Shown here: in pieces, positions 41,051-50,600 of the stretch
Numbering within the stretch: the stretch's first letter is position 1
Layout of the letters: each line of letters starts with the position of its first letter
NCBI GenBank assembly: GCA_036759025.1
Contig: DAIOVL010000006.1
Location: 69,709 to 133,708, forward strand
Direction: 5' to 3'
Length of the DNA: 64,000 nucleotides
From: Bacteroidales bacterium
Lineage (GTDB): Bacteria > Bacteroidota > Bacteroidia > Bacteroidales > VadinHA17
The notes under the pieces: model-generated
What the model was told of the DNA's origin: nothing
Database searches by the model: none
Seen by the model: only the letters and a program-made list of their open reading frames with translations
Position numbers and translations under genes: made by a program

Positions 41051-42886
41051 TTATCTTTCCAGGAAATCGTCAAATAACACCTGAAGGTATGCTTTCCCAA
41101 GTTTCCCGGCGTGAAGCGGATCTTTTCCTTCGGTCACTACCGGGCTTCCAAGTTTATGGTCATATATGTATTTCGAACTGTCGGTTATGAATCCGAAACC
41201 TTCGTTGAAGGTATAAAAAGCAAATGAATGTGAATCATCTGAAAGAAGGTCTTTACTGAAAGGAAATTCACCGTCGAGGTTCATCTGATGAAGGAGTGTT
41301 AGCGGAATATCAACCTGACTTCCCAGCCGGCTTATCAGGGTATCACGTTTTTCCATTACTCCTCCCAGCCATAGCATTGGGATCTGGAAAATATCTTCGG
41401 CATAAAGGAAAAGATCGCCTGAGTTCCTTCTGAAATGATCAGCCACAACGATAACAAGAGTGTTTTTCCACCATTCTGTCCCGGCAGCATAGTCCAGGAA
41501 ATCACCCAGGACTGAGTCGGTATAATAAAGTGAATTTCTGAATTTTGTAAGTTCATCCCTTCCTTCAAAAACAGGATCCGCAGGTACGTCGAAAGGTTCG
41601 TGGCTTGAGAGCGACAACACCACTCTCAGGAAAGGTTCCTTCAGATAATTCATGGAATCAAGGAGTGCACTGAAAAGTATATGATCATGAATTCCCCACT
41701 TTGAATTCCGGTCAGCCGGATTAAAGTTATCCTGGGTTATTATCCTGCTGAACCCGCAATTTATCAGCCAGGCCCTGAAGTTTGCAAAATTAATGTCTCC
41801 GCCATACCAGAATGAGGAATTGTATCCTTCATCCTGGAGAATTTTCACTATCCCGGGCAGTGATTCTGTTTTTCTTGAATCCTTCATTATTGATGCTGCC
41901 GGCTGAGCAGGATAACCATTTATTATTGCGGGCATTGCCTTATCGGTGCGGAAACCTGAGGCATAAAATCCGGAAAAGAGAACCCCCTCACTGCACCATC
42001 CGTTGAACCTGGGTGTGGTAGCGGTGTCTCCTCCAAGAGGGCCTGTCAACGCGCTTCCAAAGCTCTCCATTACCAGAATAAGGATATTTGGTCTTTCATT
42101 ATTAATGATTTTTACCGGAGGGGCACCCTTCCCGGTAATCGATGCTACCAGCTTAAGCGATTCATCCGGATCGTCAAAAACATAAGGATTTCCCGTGTAT
42201 TTCTTATTTACCAGTGAATTACCGACGTTCCAGACTACATTTATTGCAGTATGATTAACAAAAGTATTTCTGCTGAAATACACTGATCCTGCATATATCG
42301 GAGCGAGTCCGAGCCCTCCTCTGATTGGTATTATCAATAAACCCCACAATATCATCAATAAGAGTGTTGCAGCCATACGGTACCGTATTTCTGAAAGATT
42401 AATGAATAAAGGGGCTATGAAACTCCGGTACAGCCATATAAAAGATGCTGAAAGCAGAATGATTCCGGCACTAACTGCGGCTATCTGCCAAAAGGTCACT
42501 GAAGCCGCTGCCTCTCCGGGGGTGTTGAGATACATAAACGGTGTATAGTCCATCCTGAATCCCCAGTATTTATAAAGCAGTGTATCAGCAACAACAATGA
42601 CTGATGAAAAAATTATGACGATGACACTGTACCAGTTGATAATGGTCCCAAAAAACCTCCTGCCGGTCCACAGACCGGGTATTAAAATTAATACAGGGAT
42701 CAGAAAGATATAGCCTGCCGCTGATATGTCAAGCCGGAGACCATGCCAGAAAGTAGCTGCAATTTCACCCGAATCGTAGAGTGAAGCTTCTGGGAGATGT
42801 GTCATAATGAAGAAAAGCCTCGCAACCAGGAAGTAAAGTATCCAGAAGATTGCATAAAAAAACAGGGCTTTAAGACGGTCCTTCAT
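41051..42886 (-). CDS. LTA-synthase/phosphoglycerol-transferase family membrane protein (sulfatase-fold)
   Basis: Five N-terminal hydrophobic helices are followed by an extracytoplasmic alkaline-phosphatase-superfamily domain (NILILVMESFGS, SLSSHEPF). Confidence 0.75.
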   Translation of the reverse strand: MKDRLKALFFYAIFWILYFLVARLFFIMTHLPEASLYDSGEIAATFWHGLRLDISAAGYIFLIPVLILIPGLWTGRRFFGTIINWYSVIVIIFSSVIVVADTLLYKYWGFRMDYTPFMYLNTPGEAAASVTFWQIAAVSAGIILLSASFIWLYRSFIAPLFINLSEIRYRMAATLLLMILWGLLIIPIRGGLGLAPIYAGSVYFSRNTFVNHTAINVVWNVGNSLVNKKYTGNPYVFDDPDESLKLVASITGKGAPPVKIINNERPNILILVMESFGSALTGPLGGDTATTPRFNGWCSEGVLFSGFYASGFRTDKAMPAIINGYPAQPAASIMKDSRKTESLPGIVKILQDEGYNSSFWYGGDINFANFRAWLINCGFSRIITQDNFNPADRNSKWGIHDHILFSALLDSMNYLKEPFLRVVLSLSSHEPFDVPADPVFEGRDELTKFRNSLYYTDSVLGDFLDYAAGTEWWKNTLVIVVADHFRRNSGDLFLYAEDIFQIPMLWLGGVMEKRDTLISRLGSQVDIPLTLLHQMNLDGEFPFSKDLLSDDSHSFAFYTFNEGFGFITDSSKYIYDHKLGSPVVTEGKDPLHAGKLGKAYLQVLFDDFLER

Positions 42887-43815
42887 GTCATTTTACTTTT
42901 AAACCTCTTTCCGTTGGTATAGAATCCCACCAGGGAGCCTGTAATAATTAAAATCCCTGTGATGGTCAGCCAGTCGGGTTTTTCATCCGGAACAATAATC
43001 CAGCTTAACACAGCTCCAACCACAGGTATAATAAACTTCCACAGATTTAGTTCCGATACTTTTACTCCGGGTCTCTGAAGCAACCTGAACCACAGAGAAA
43101 AGGCATAGGCAGAAACGAAACTGAGCCATGCAAGGGACAGCCAGTAACTAACATTTAAAGGCCCCCTCGAGGTTCCTTCCACAGGAATGGAAATAAGATA
43201 AATCAGCAATCCTCCTGTAAAGAGGGTTGATGAACTAAGAACCAGTGGACTGATCCCCCTGCTCTTCAATGATACCATCACATTACTGAGTGCTGTCGCG
43301 ATATTCGCTCCAAGTATCAGTGCCACACCAATGATCTCGGTCGCAGCACCTATTCTCAGTGCCTGTCGTCCCGCACTTATCATTATCACACCTGTAATGC
43401 CCAGGATAATGGTTATTATCTTCCTTCCTGTAAGCCTTTCACCTTCATGCATAAGAGCTGCTACAACTGCAACAACAAGGGGCTGCGAACCAACAATTAT
43501 CGCTCCTATCGCCCCGGGTACAAGGTCCATACCCAGGTAAAAAAAGATATAGTTTAATAAGGTTTGTAATAAAGTGACCCACACTACTATTTTCCAGTGC
43601 TCCCTGATCATTGCCAGATAATCTGACCTACGCAGGGCAAATGGCAGGATCATCAATCCTGAGATCATAAATCTTAATCCTGCAAAGTGAAGAGGGGTGT
43701 CATACTGCAGACCCAGCTTGATCACTGCATATACTGTTGACCAGAGAAGGCAGGCAATTACAGCCCATAATATAGTATCATCACGCTTTAACACCTTAGA
43801 AAAATATGGCGACAA
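42883..43815 (-). CDS. DMT-superfamily (EamA-type) transporter
   Basis: 310 aa with about 10 hydrophobic helices in two similar halves. It uses a TTG start, and its stop overlaps the downstream gene start by 4 nt. Confidence 0.8.
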   Translation of the reverse strand: MSPYFSKVLKRDDTILWAVIACLLWSTVYAVIKLGLQYDTPLHFAGLRFMISGLMILPFALRRSDYLAMIREHWKIVVWVTLLQTLLNYIFFYLGMDLVPGAIGAIIVGSQPLVVAVVAALMHEGERLTGRKIITIILGITGVIMISAGRQALRIGAATEIIGVALILGANIATALSNVMVSLKSRGISPLVLSSSTLFTGGLLIYLISIPVEGTSRGPLNVSYWLSLAWLSFVSAYAFSLWFRLLQRPGVKVSELNLWKFIIPVVGAVLSWIIVPDEKPDWLTITGILIITGSLVGFYTNGKRFKSKMT

Positions 43816-43876
43816 ATATCTGAAAAAAAATCACATTATATTTAATAGATTTGTCCTGTACAATTTTACTCCTTCC

Positions 43877-45472
43877 ATGACTATCGCCGATAATATTGCA
43901 GATCAATTATTTAAAGCCGGTGTACGCCGCATCTTCGGTATTCCGGGAGGACCTTCAATACCGTATCTTGAGGCATTCAGTAACAGAGGGATTGAATTCA
44001 TTCTTGTTTCCCATGAAGCTGCTGCCGGTATCATGGCTGATGTAAGTGCCAGGCTTACCGGGGTTCCTGGTGTTTGCCATGCGACATTCGGACCGGGAGC
44101 TACAAATATTTCGACAGGTGTCGGAGGAGCCTTTCTTGACAGGTCGCCTGTAATAGTTCTGACAAGTGAGATGAGTGATTCGATGATCAACCGGACAACC
44201 CAGATGAACATCAGTCATCAGAAGCTTTTTTCTGCTGTTACAAGGTTCACTTTCAGATTATCAGCCAACCATGCAGTTGAAATAACTGAAAAAGCACTCA
44301 AACTGTGCATGGAGGAATATCCCGGACCGGTTCATATAGGACTGCCTGCCGATATTGCATTATGTGAAGTACAGGATCTGAATTTCACAGGCAGGGAAAG
44401 GACTGGAAAAGAACATGTACATAATGACATTCAATCGATAAGGTCTCTGCTTGCAAGGTCTAAGACTCCTGTTCTGGCAGCAGGTCTGACCGCAAAGAGA
44501 CTTGATACAGGCAAAGAGTTGCTCCCTTTCCTCGATAAATACCCTATCCCCGTTGTTCTGACTCCAATGGCCAAAGGACTTATATCCGAAGATCATCCCT
44601 CATACGCCGGAGTATTGTTCCATGCCCTGAGCAACCATCTTGCTGATCTCTTTAATGATTGTGACCTTGTAATCGGACTTGGCTATGATCAGATAGAATA
44701 CAATTATGAAAGCTGGATGCCTGACGTACCTCTGGTACATTTCGACACTATAAATTCTGATCTTCCGGAAAGAGGTATTGTGAAATGTTATACAGGAAAT
44801 CCCAACGAATGGTTTGGTTTACTTGATAACCTTGACCAGGAAAATCTTCTTCCGGGAGAAAATAAAGTACGGGTAATAAGGGAGAAGATAAGGTCTGCTC
44901 TCAGCGGTTTTTCTGCAAAATTCGGACCTGTCGCCGCTCTGGGGGTATTGAAGAAATTACTGCCTGCCGGATCGGTATTGACTGCTGATGTAGGGTCACA
45001 CCTGCATCTCATTGGTCAATACTGGGATTGCTCAGGAGGCAGTGAGCTTTTAATTACCAACGGATGGTCGGGTATGGGATTCGGTATTCCTGCAGCACTG
45101 GCTGCAAGCTTATGCAGGCCTGAGAAGAAAGTTGCCTGTATTACAGGTGACGGAGGCTTTCTTATGATGGCCGGAGAGATCATTACAGCGAGGAGATATA
45201 ATCTGCCTGTAATAGTTGTAGTTTTTTCAGATAGGGAACTAAACCTTATCAGGCTTAAGCAGGAATGGCGTAATTCAACAAAAAACGGGACAGCGCTCTA
45301 TGGCGGCGACCTTTTCATGGCTGATATCTTTCTTGGGGTCAAAGTGCTACGGGTTGACAGCACGGGCAGCATGTCAGAGGCGGTATCCAAAGCTTTGCTG
45401 CTTGATGAACCGGTAATAATCAATGCAGTAATTGATCCTGAAGACTACAAATATCTTATTGTGGCGCAATAA
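43877..45472 (+). CDS. thiamine-diphosphate-dependent enzyme (acetolactate-synthase-like large subunit family)
   Basis: The N-terminus IADQLFKAGVRRIFGIPGGPSIPYLEAF is a TPP-enzyme N-domain. The TPP-binding motif is ITGDGGFLMMAGEIITARRYNLPVIVVVFSDRELN. The ORF-track GTG start at 43697 overlaps the divergent EamA gene and is rejected. Confidence 0.8.
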   Translation: MTIADNIADQLFKAGVRRIFGIPGGPSIPYLEAFSNRGIEFILVSHEAAAGIMADVSARLTGVPGVCHATFGPGATNISTGVGGAFLDRSPVIVLTSEMSDSMINRTTQMNISHQKLFSAVTRFTFRLSANHAVEITEKALKLCMEEYPGPVHIGLPADIALCEVQDLNFTGRERTGKEHVHNDIQSIRSLLARSKTPVLAAGLTAKRLDTGKELLPFLDKYPIPVVLTPMAKGLISEDHPSYAGVLFHALSNHLADLFNDCDLVIGLGYDQIEYNYESWMPDVPLVHFDTINSDLPERGIVKCYTGNPNEWFGLLDNLDQENLLPGENKVRVIREKIRSALSGFSAKFGPVAALGVLKKLLPAGSVLTADVGSHLHLIGQYWDCSGGSELLITNGWSGMGFGIPAALAASLCRPEKKVACITGDGGFLMMAGEIITARRYNLPVIVVVFSDRELNLIRLKQEWRNSTKNGTALYGGDLFMADIFLGVKVLRVDSTGSMSEAVSKALLLDEPVIINAVIDPEDYKYLIVAQ

Positions 45473-45531
45473 GCCTTTGTTACTGAATATCCGGAAGACA
45501 TTCAGATTGGCGCCTTAAAGATGTTGAGGGT

Positions 45532-45912
45532 CTATTTCTTTGTTGCTTTAGCCTTCTTTTCGGGCTTCGGGGAAGCAGTTTCTTTCTTTGTGGCCGCAGG
45601 TTTCTTTTCTTTCGTTTCTTTGGCAGGTTTGGCGGCTGAGGCTGCCTTTTTTTCCTTCTTAACGGCAGTATCCTTTTCCGCTGTCTGCTCAACTACTTCA
45701 TTAACAACTTCGTTTACTACTGCCACAGGCTCTTCAGCGGCTTTCACAGCCGGTTTTCTCTGTTTAAGAGGCTTTTTCTCCTTAACGACAGCTTCCTTTG
45801 CCTTTTCAACCACTTTAACCGGTGGTCTGACAGCCTTTTTTCTGCGTCTTCTGACCCCATAAGTGCCGAGGACTATCTTACCTCTTTTTGATTTCCTGTC
45901 ACCTTTTCCCAT
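45532..45912 (-). CDS. ribosomal protein bTHX-like N-terminus fused to a ~100-aa Lys/Ala/Glu/Pro-rich (histone-H1-like) tail
   Basis: The first 26 aa, MGKGDRKSKRGKIVLGTYGVRRRRKK, match the bTHX peptide as I recall it from Thermus ([26 protein letters not shown]). The rest is low-complexity (KKEKKAASAAKPAKETKEKKPAATKK). Confidence 0.7.
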   Translation of the reverse strand: MGKGDRKSKRGKIVLGTYGVRRRRKKAVRPPVKVVEKAKEAVVKEKKPLKQRKPAVKAAEEPVAVVNEVVNEVVEQTAEKDTAVKKEKKAASAAKPAKETKEKKPAATKKETASPKPEKKAKATKK

Positions 45913-45959
45913 ATGATTTTATTTAAAGCTGTTTTGGTTTAATCCCCTGAGGGAGGCTG

Positions 45960-45967
45960 CAAAGTTA
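45960..45967 (-). promoter_or_regulatory. candidate -7 box (TAACTTTG) for the bTHX-like gene
   Basis: The minus-strand TAACTTTG matches TAnnTTTG, 47 nt upstream of the ATG. No clear -33 TTTG was found. Confidence 0.3.
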
Positions 45968-46069
45968 ATAATATCTTTTGTTTTTCCGATTATAAACGGA
46001 ATCACATCCTGAATTAATCAATACGAGTGAAAATAATTGTAAATTGCAGCAGATTCGAACCATAAACAG

Positions 46070-46840
46070 ATGCAGACATTAGATGATCTGAGGCTGGCTG
46101 TCCTGATCGACGCCGAGAATATACCATCGGGTAATGTAACAGGCATGCTCGAAGAGATAGCAAAATACGGAACACCTACTTTCAGGAGGATATATGGTGA
46201 CTGGACCAGGCCCACACTGTCAGGATGGAAGCAGGTACTTCTCGAGAATGCAATAACTCCTGTTCAGCAGTACAGTTACACACGAGGAAAAAATTCATCT
46301 GACTCGGCCATGATAATAGATGCCATGGATATCCTGTATTCAGGAAAGGTGGACGGCTTCTGTATCGTTTCAAGCGACAGCGATTTTACAAGGCTTGCCA
46401 CCAGGCTTAAAGAAGCCGGCATGAAAGTGATCGGGATAGGGGAAAAGAAAACACCGCTGCCCTTTATTGTCGCATGCGATAAATTCATCTACATCGAAAT
46501 AATCAATTCTCCGGTATCGGAAAGGGATGCAGGCACAGCCAGAGATTCAAAAGGGAAGACACATGGTGCAAAGAAAACAAAGGAAAATGACCAGAAATTC
46601 GAGATAAAGAAGGCAAAACGTCTTATAACTGCATCCATCTCCGATCTGGCCGATGAAAACGGATGGGCCTACCTGGGAGATGTAGGAAATCTGATATTAA
46701 AAAAGCAACCTGATTTCGATCCCAGAAACTTTGGATTTACTAAACTGACACCACTTATCCGATCTTTTGATTTTGAGATAGATGAAAGAGACTCCGGACA
46801 ATTAAACATAAAACACATTTATATCAGGAATAAAAAATAA
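46070..46840 (+). CDS. NYN-domain (LabA/PIN-like) ribonuclease fused to a C-terminal OST-HTH/LOTUS domain
   Basis: NYN acidic motifs LAVLIDAENI, DSAMIIDAMD and FCIVSSDSDFTRLATRLKEAG. The C-terminal WAYLGDVGNLILKKQPDFDPRNFGFTKLTPLIRS is typical of OST-HTH. Confidence 0.8.
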   Translation: MQTLDDLRLAVLIDAENIPSGNVTGMLEEIAKYGTPTFRRIYGDWTRPTLSGWKQVLLENAITPVQQYSYTRGKNSSDSAMIIDAMDILYSGKVDGFCIVSSDSDFTRLATRLKEAGMKVIGIGEKKTPLPFIVACDKFIYIEIINSPVSERDAGTARDSKGKTHGAKKTKENDQKFEIKKAKRLITASISDLADENGWAYLGDVGNLILKKQPDFDPRNFGFTKLTPLIRSFDFEIDERDSGQLNIKHIYIRNKK

Positions 46841-46998
46841 ACCGTCTGTTGCATTTATGTGGCTGCATATTTCTGAATATTCCTTCAATAAAATTCTGAT
46901 ATTTTGATCTTTTATTGAATATATAATACATAATTATTTTTTTTTCAAAAAAAAAAGATAACCTTTGATGCTGTTTTAACACCTTAATTTTTTGAACT

Positions 46999-47316
46999 AT
47001 GAACATTTATGTAGGAAGCCTGAATTTCAAAATGAAAGAAGAGGAACTCAGGGAATTATTTGAAGAGTATGGCGAAGTATCATCCGCCAAGATCATCATC
47101 GACAAGTACTCTAACAAGAGTAAGGGATTTGGTTTTGTAGAAATGCCAAATGAAGAAGAAGCCCGCAAGGCTGTTTCAGAACTCAACGGAGCAGAGATCC
47201 AGGGCAGGAACATTATTGTAAATGAATCTATTGAAAGAACAGAAAGAAAAAGAGATTTCAGGGGCGGAAACGACTACCGCAGAGGCGGTAATGACCGCAG
47301 AAGAGATAACAGATAA
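46999..47316 (+). CDS. single-RRM RNA-binding protein with Arg/Gly-rich tail
   Basis: RNP-2 NIYVGSL and RNP-1 KGFGFVEM, with the tail RGGNDYRRGGNDRRRDNR. Confidence 0.9.
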   Translation: MNIYVGSLNFKMKEEELRELFEEYGEVSSAKIIIDKYSNKSKGFGFVEMPNEEEARKAVSELNGAEIQGRNIIVNESIERTERKRDFRGGNDYRRGGNDRRRDNR

Positions 47317-47337
47317 ATACTTCAAACGATCACACTT

Positions 47338-47535
47338 ATGAAAGGAACTGTTAAATGGTACGACCGGGTAAAAGGTTATGGTTTCATTAAGACCGAGGAA
47401 GATAAAGATATCTTTGTCCATCGTTCGGGATTGGATGTGCCGCAATCTGAACTTGTTACAGGCCAGGCAGTTGAATTTGAAGTCGAAGAGAGAGAAAAAG
47501 GTCTGGTAGCTGTTAAAGTGAAAAAAATAGAATGA
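47338..47535 (+). CDS. cold-shock domain protein (CspA family)
   Basis: 65 aa. GTVKWYDRVKGYGFI (RNP-1-like) and DIFVH (RNP-2-like). It lies 21 nt after the RRM gene. Confidence 0.93.
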   Translation: MKGTVKWYDRVKGYGFIKTEEDKDIFVHRSGLDVPQSELVTGQAVEFEVEEREKGLVAVKVKKIE

Positions 47536-47560
47536 TTTCTCAGGCTTGTGAATAAAAGGA

Positions 47561-47592
47561 GAGGTTGCAAAGTTTTGCAGCCTCTTTTTTTT
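47561..47592 (+). terminator. rho-independent terminator after the RRM-csp pair
   Basis: The GAGGTTGCA ... TGCAGCCTC stem is followed by T8. Confidence 0.65.
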
Positions 47593-47642
47593 CCCCATCT
47601 TTATGGTCTGTTTTACCAGTTTTTAAAAATATTTATTCAGCT

Positions 47643-50600
47643 ATGAGTATTAAAAAGATCTCTGCCATTCTTGCGACATTATTTTTCCTTACGGGATTAA
47701 ACGCCGGTCTTAACTCTCAATCGCTAACGGAAGGATTTAAGAACCCTCCCGAGTCGGGTAAACCACGTACATGGTGGCACTGGACAAACAGCAACATTAC
47801 AACTGAAGGTATCACAAAAGACCTCGAATGGATGAAAAGGATCGGGATAGGCGGACTGCAGCTGGCCGACGTGGGCTCGGGACAGGGACAGATCGTGGAA
47901 AAAAAGGTCGCCTTCTGGTCACCCGAATGGTTCGATGCCGTCAGACACACAGCTGCTGAAGCTGACCGGCTGAACCTGGAACTTGCCCTTTTCAGCTCAG
48001 CTGGATGGAGTCTCACCGGAGGCCCCTGGGTAAAACCCGAACAGGCTATGAAAAAACTAGTATGGAGCGAGACTAACGTCAAAGGTCCTCAGAAATATTT
48101 AAGCACCCTCCCTCCCGTTCCCTCTGTCGAAGGTCCTATACAAAACCTCTCACGGGGAACCAGACCTTCTCCCAATGAATCAGGATTTGCAAAAGAGTTT
48201 ATGGTTATTGCTTTCCCAACTCCTCCCGATGAAACCGATATCAGAAACCTGAATCCTTTAATAACGACATCAGCAGGCATAATTCAGGCTACGGAACTGA
48301 TTGACAACGACCTTAACACAAGTACAAGGATCAGGGCCGGAAATGATAAAAGTAAAGTCTGGATCCAATTCAGCTTCGATAAACCCGTTGCAGTCAAAGC
48401 TGTTACCCTTGCCAACAGGGCAGGAATACCTGTCGGTGCAATAAAAGCCGGAAACAGCCCTGATGATTTCACAACTCTGACAATATTGCCCGGAGCCCAG
48501 CTGTACAGAGCCGGCAAAGTGGCTACCTACTCCTTCCCCGAAACCAAAGCCCGGAATTTCAGAATCGAATTTACAGGAACACCACTGCGCCCCGCCGACG
48601 TTATGGCAGAAGCAGTTACAAAACCCGATTCTGCATATACTTTCGGAGAAATAAAACTTCATACAGGAGCCAGAATAAACAGATGGGAAGACAAAGCAGG
48701 ATTTTATCATCTTTTCAGCTATGAACCTGTGGCTTCAAACACCGTTAACGGCACTTCGGCAATAGATCCCTCGTCGATAATAAATCTCACTTCGCTGGTT
48801 CAGCCTGACGGAACCCTGAAATGGGACGTCCCTGCCGGAGACTGGACAATAATGAAATTCGGATATTCCCTTACAGGTTCCAAGAACAGGCCTCCTGTAC
48901 CAACCGGGCTCGGTTATGAGGTCGACAAACTGAGCAAAGAATACAGCCTCGACTATATAAGAGATTATACTGATCCCCTCCGGAAAGCAATGGGAACTCT
49001 ATACGGTAAAAGCTTCCAATACATCCTCCTCGACAGCTGGGAAGCAGGTATGCAGAACTGGACCGACAACATGACAGAAGAGTTCCAAAGAAGAAGAGGT
49101 TACGATCCTTCTCCATACCTCCCGTGTCTGACCGGCCGTGTGGTCGCAAACAGCGAAATCAGCGACAGGTTCTTGTGGGATTTCCGCCGGACCCTCGCCG
49201 ACATGTTTGCAGAGAACCATTATGGAGTAATAACTGATTATCTTAATAATCAAGGTATTAAAACATATGCGGAAGCCTCCGGTGTATCCCTTGAGATACT
49301 GGAAGATGCCCTGCTATGTAAAAAATATGTCGATATTCCTATGGGAGAATTCTGGCGCGGGATAATGCATCCCGACCTTATGTATTACCAGGATGTCAGA
49401 GGTGCTGCTTCTGCTGCTCATATTTACGGAAAGAAAATTGTCGGAGCCGAAGCATTCACAGGAGGAGGTTTTGATTCTCCATATACTCTAAAAAAAGTTG
49501 GCGACTACTGGTTCACTCAGGGTATTAACCGTTTCATTTTCCACACCTCCGCTCATCAGCCTCTTGATACAAAACCCGGTAACACGATGGTAGGAACGCA
49601 TATAAACAGGAATATCACCTGGGCCGAACAGGCTGCGCCTTTCATGGATTATCTTGCCAGAAACTCTTACATGCTTCAGCAGGGGCTCTTTGTAGCCGAC
49701 CTTGTATATCTCCTGAACGAAGGTGCTCCTTCTACTATGCCGATATGGGGAAGCGGACTCCTCCCCTCACCTCCTGAAGGATTTGACTATGACTATATTA
49801 ACGCCGATGCACTCATAACCAGAATGAGCGTTGACAGCGATGGAAAACTGTTACTTCCCGACGGTATGAGCTATGAAGTCCTTATTCTCCCGGATATCAG
49901 GGAAATGACTCTACCCGTTCTCAGAAAATTGCATGAACTGGTTTCGGCAGGCGCTTCCATTGCAGGACCCAAACCTCTTCGCACTCCCGGGCTGACAGAT
50001 TTCCCGGCATGCAATATAGAATTCAGTGAGCTTACATCTGACATATGGGGTGACCTCGACGGAGTCAGCAGGACAAAACGTTCTTTCGGGAAAGGAAAGA
50101 TATACTGGAACGTGCCTCCCGCCCTGATACTTCAGGAAGAAGGAATTGAGAAAGATCTTGACACGGGAATCAGCAACAGCAATATCCTTTCCTGGATACA
50201 CAGAAGAAGCTCAGACACCGATTTCTGGTTCATCGTCAACAGGACAGACTCTGTCATGGATCTTAATATGAAATTCCGGATTTCAGGAAGGGAAGCCGAA
50301 CTATGGGATCCGGTAACCGGAAATACTGAAGTCGCAACATACCGGTTCTCAAAAGGAAATACAGTAGTCCCCCTGAAACTGGGACAGTACCAGTCTGTTT
50401 ATGTTGTCTTCAATAAAAAAGCTCTCGAAAACTCTCTAACCATTCCCGTTAAGGAACCAGTTCTGCTGTCGTCCATAAACGGACCCTGGCAGCTCAGATT
50501 CCCGGCCGGACTGGGAGCACCCGAAACAGCATCTTTGCCTGAACTTGAATCGCTTACTACCAGTACCGATGAAGGAATTAAATATTTTTCCGGAACTGTT

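Noticed and set aside
43697-43876. GTG-initiated extension of the ThDP-enzyme ORF overlapping the divergent EamA gene start.
   Set aside because: ThDP enzymes of this family begin close to the ...ADxLxxxGVxxxFGxPG... segment, which follows the ATG at 43877. The extension would overlap 119 nt of the opposite-strand gene.
45480-45862. Two further long ORFs over the THX-tail region: 45480-45692 on the minus strand and 45521-45862 on the plus strand.
   Set aside because: They are products of the low-complexity AAG/GCN repeat composition. Only the 45532-45912 frame begins with the recognisable bTHX peptide.
43816-46069. Possible replication origin. Gene orientation switches from mostly minus (30.7-43.8 kb) to mostly plus (43.9-64 kb), and gyrB is nearby.
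   Set aside because: I found no cluster of DnaA boxes (TTATCCACA/TGTGGATAA) in the candidate intergenic regions. The only near-match is TTCTCCACA at 32690-32698 upstream of gyrB, a single box. There is no dnaA or dnaN, and I could not compute GC skew by eye. The evidence is insufficient.
47565-47642. Upstream extension of the GH106-like ORF.
   Set aside because: The proposed start lies inside the csp terminator stem. The ATG at 47643 gives a normal signal peptide.
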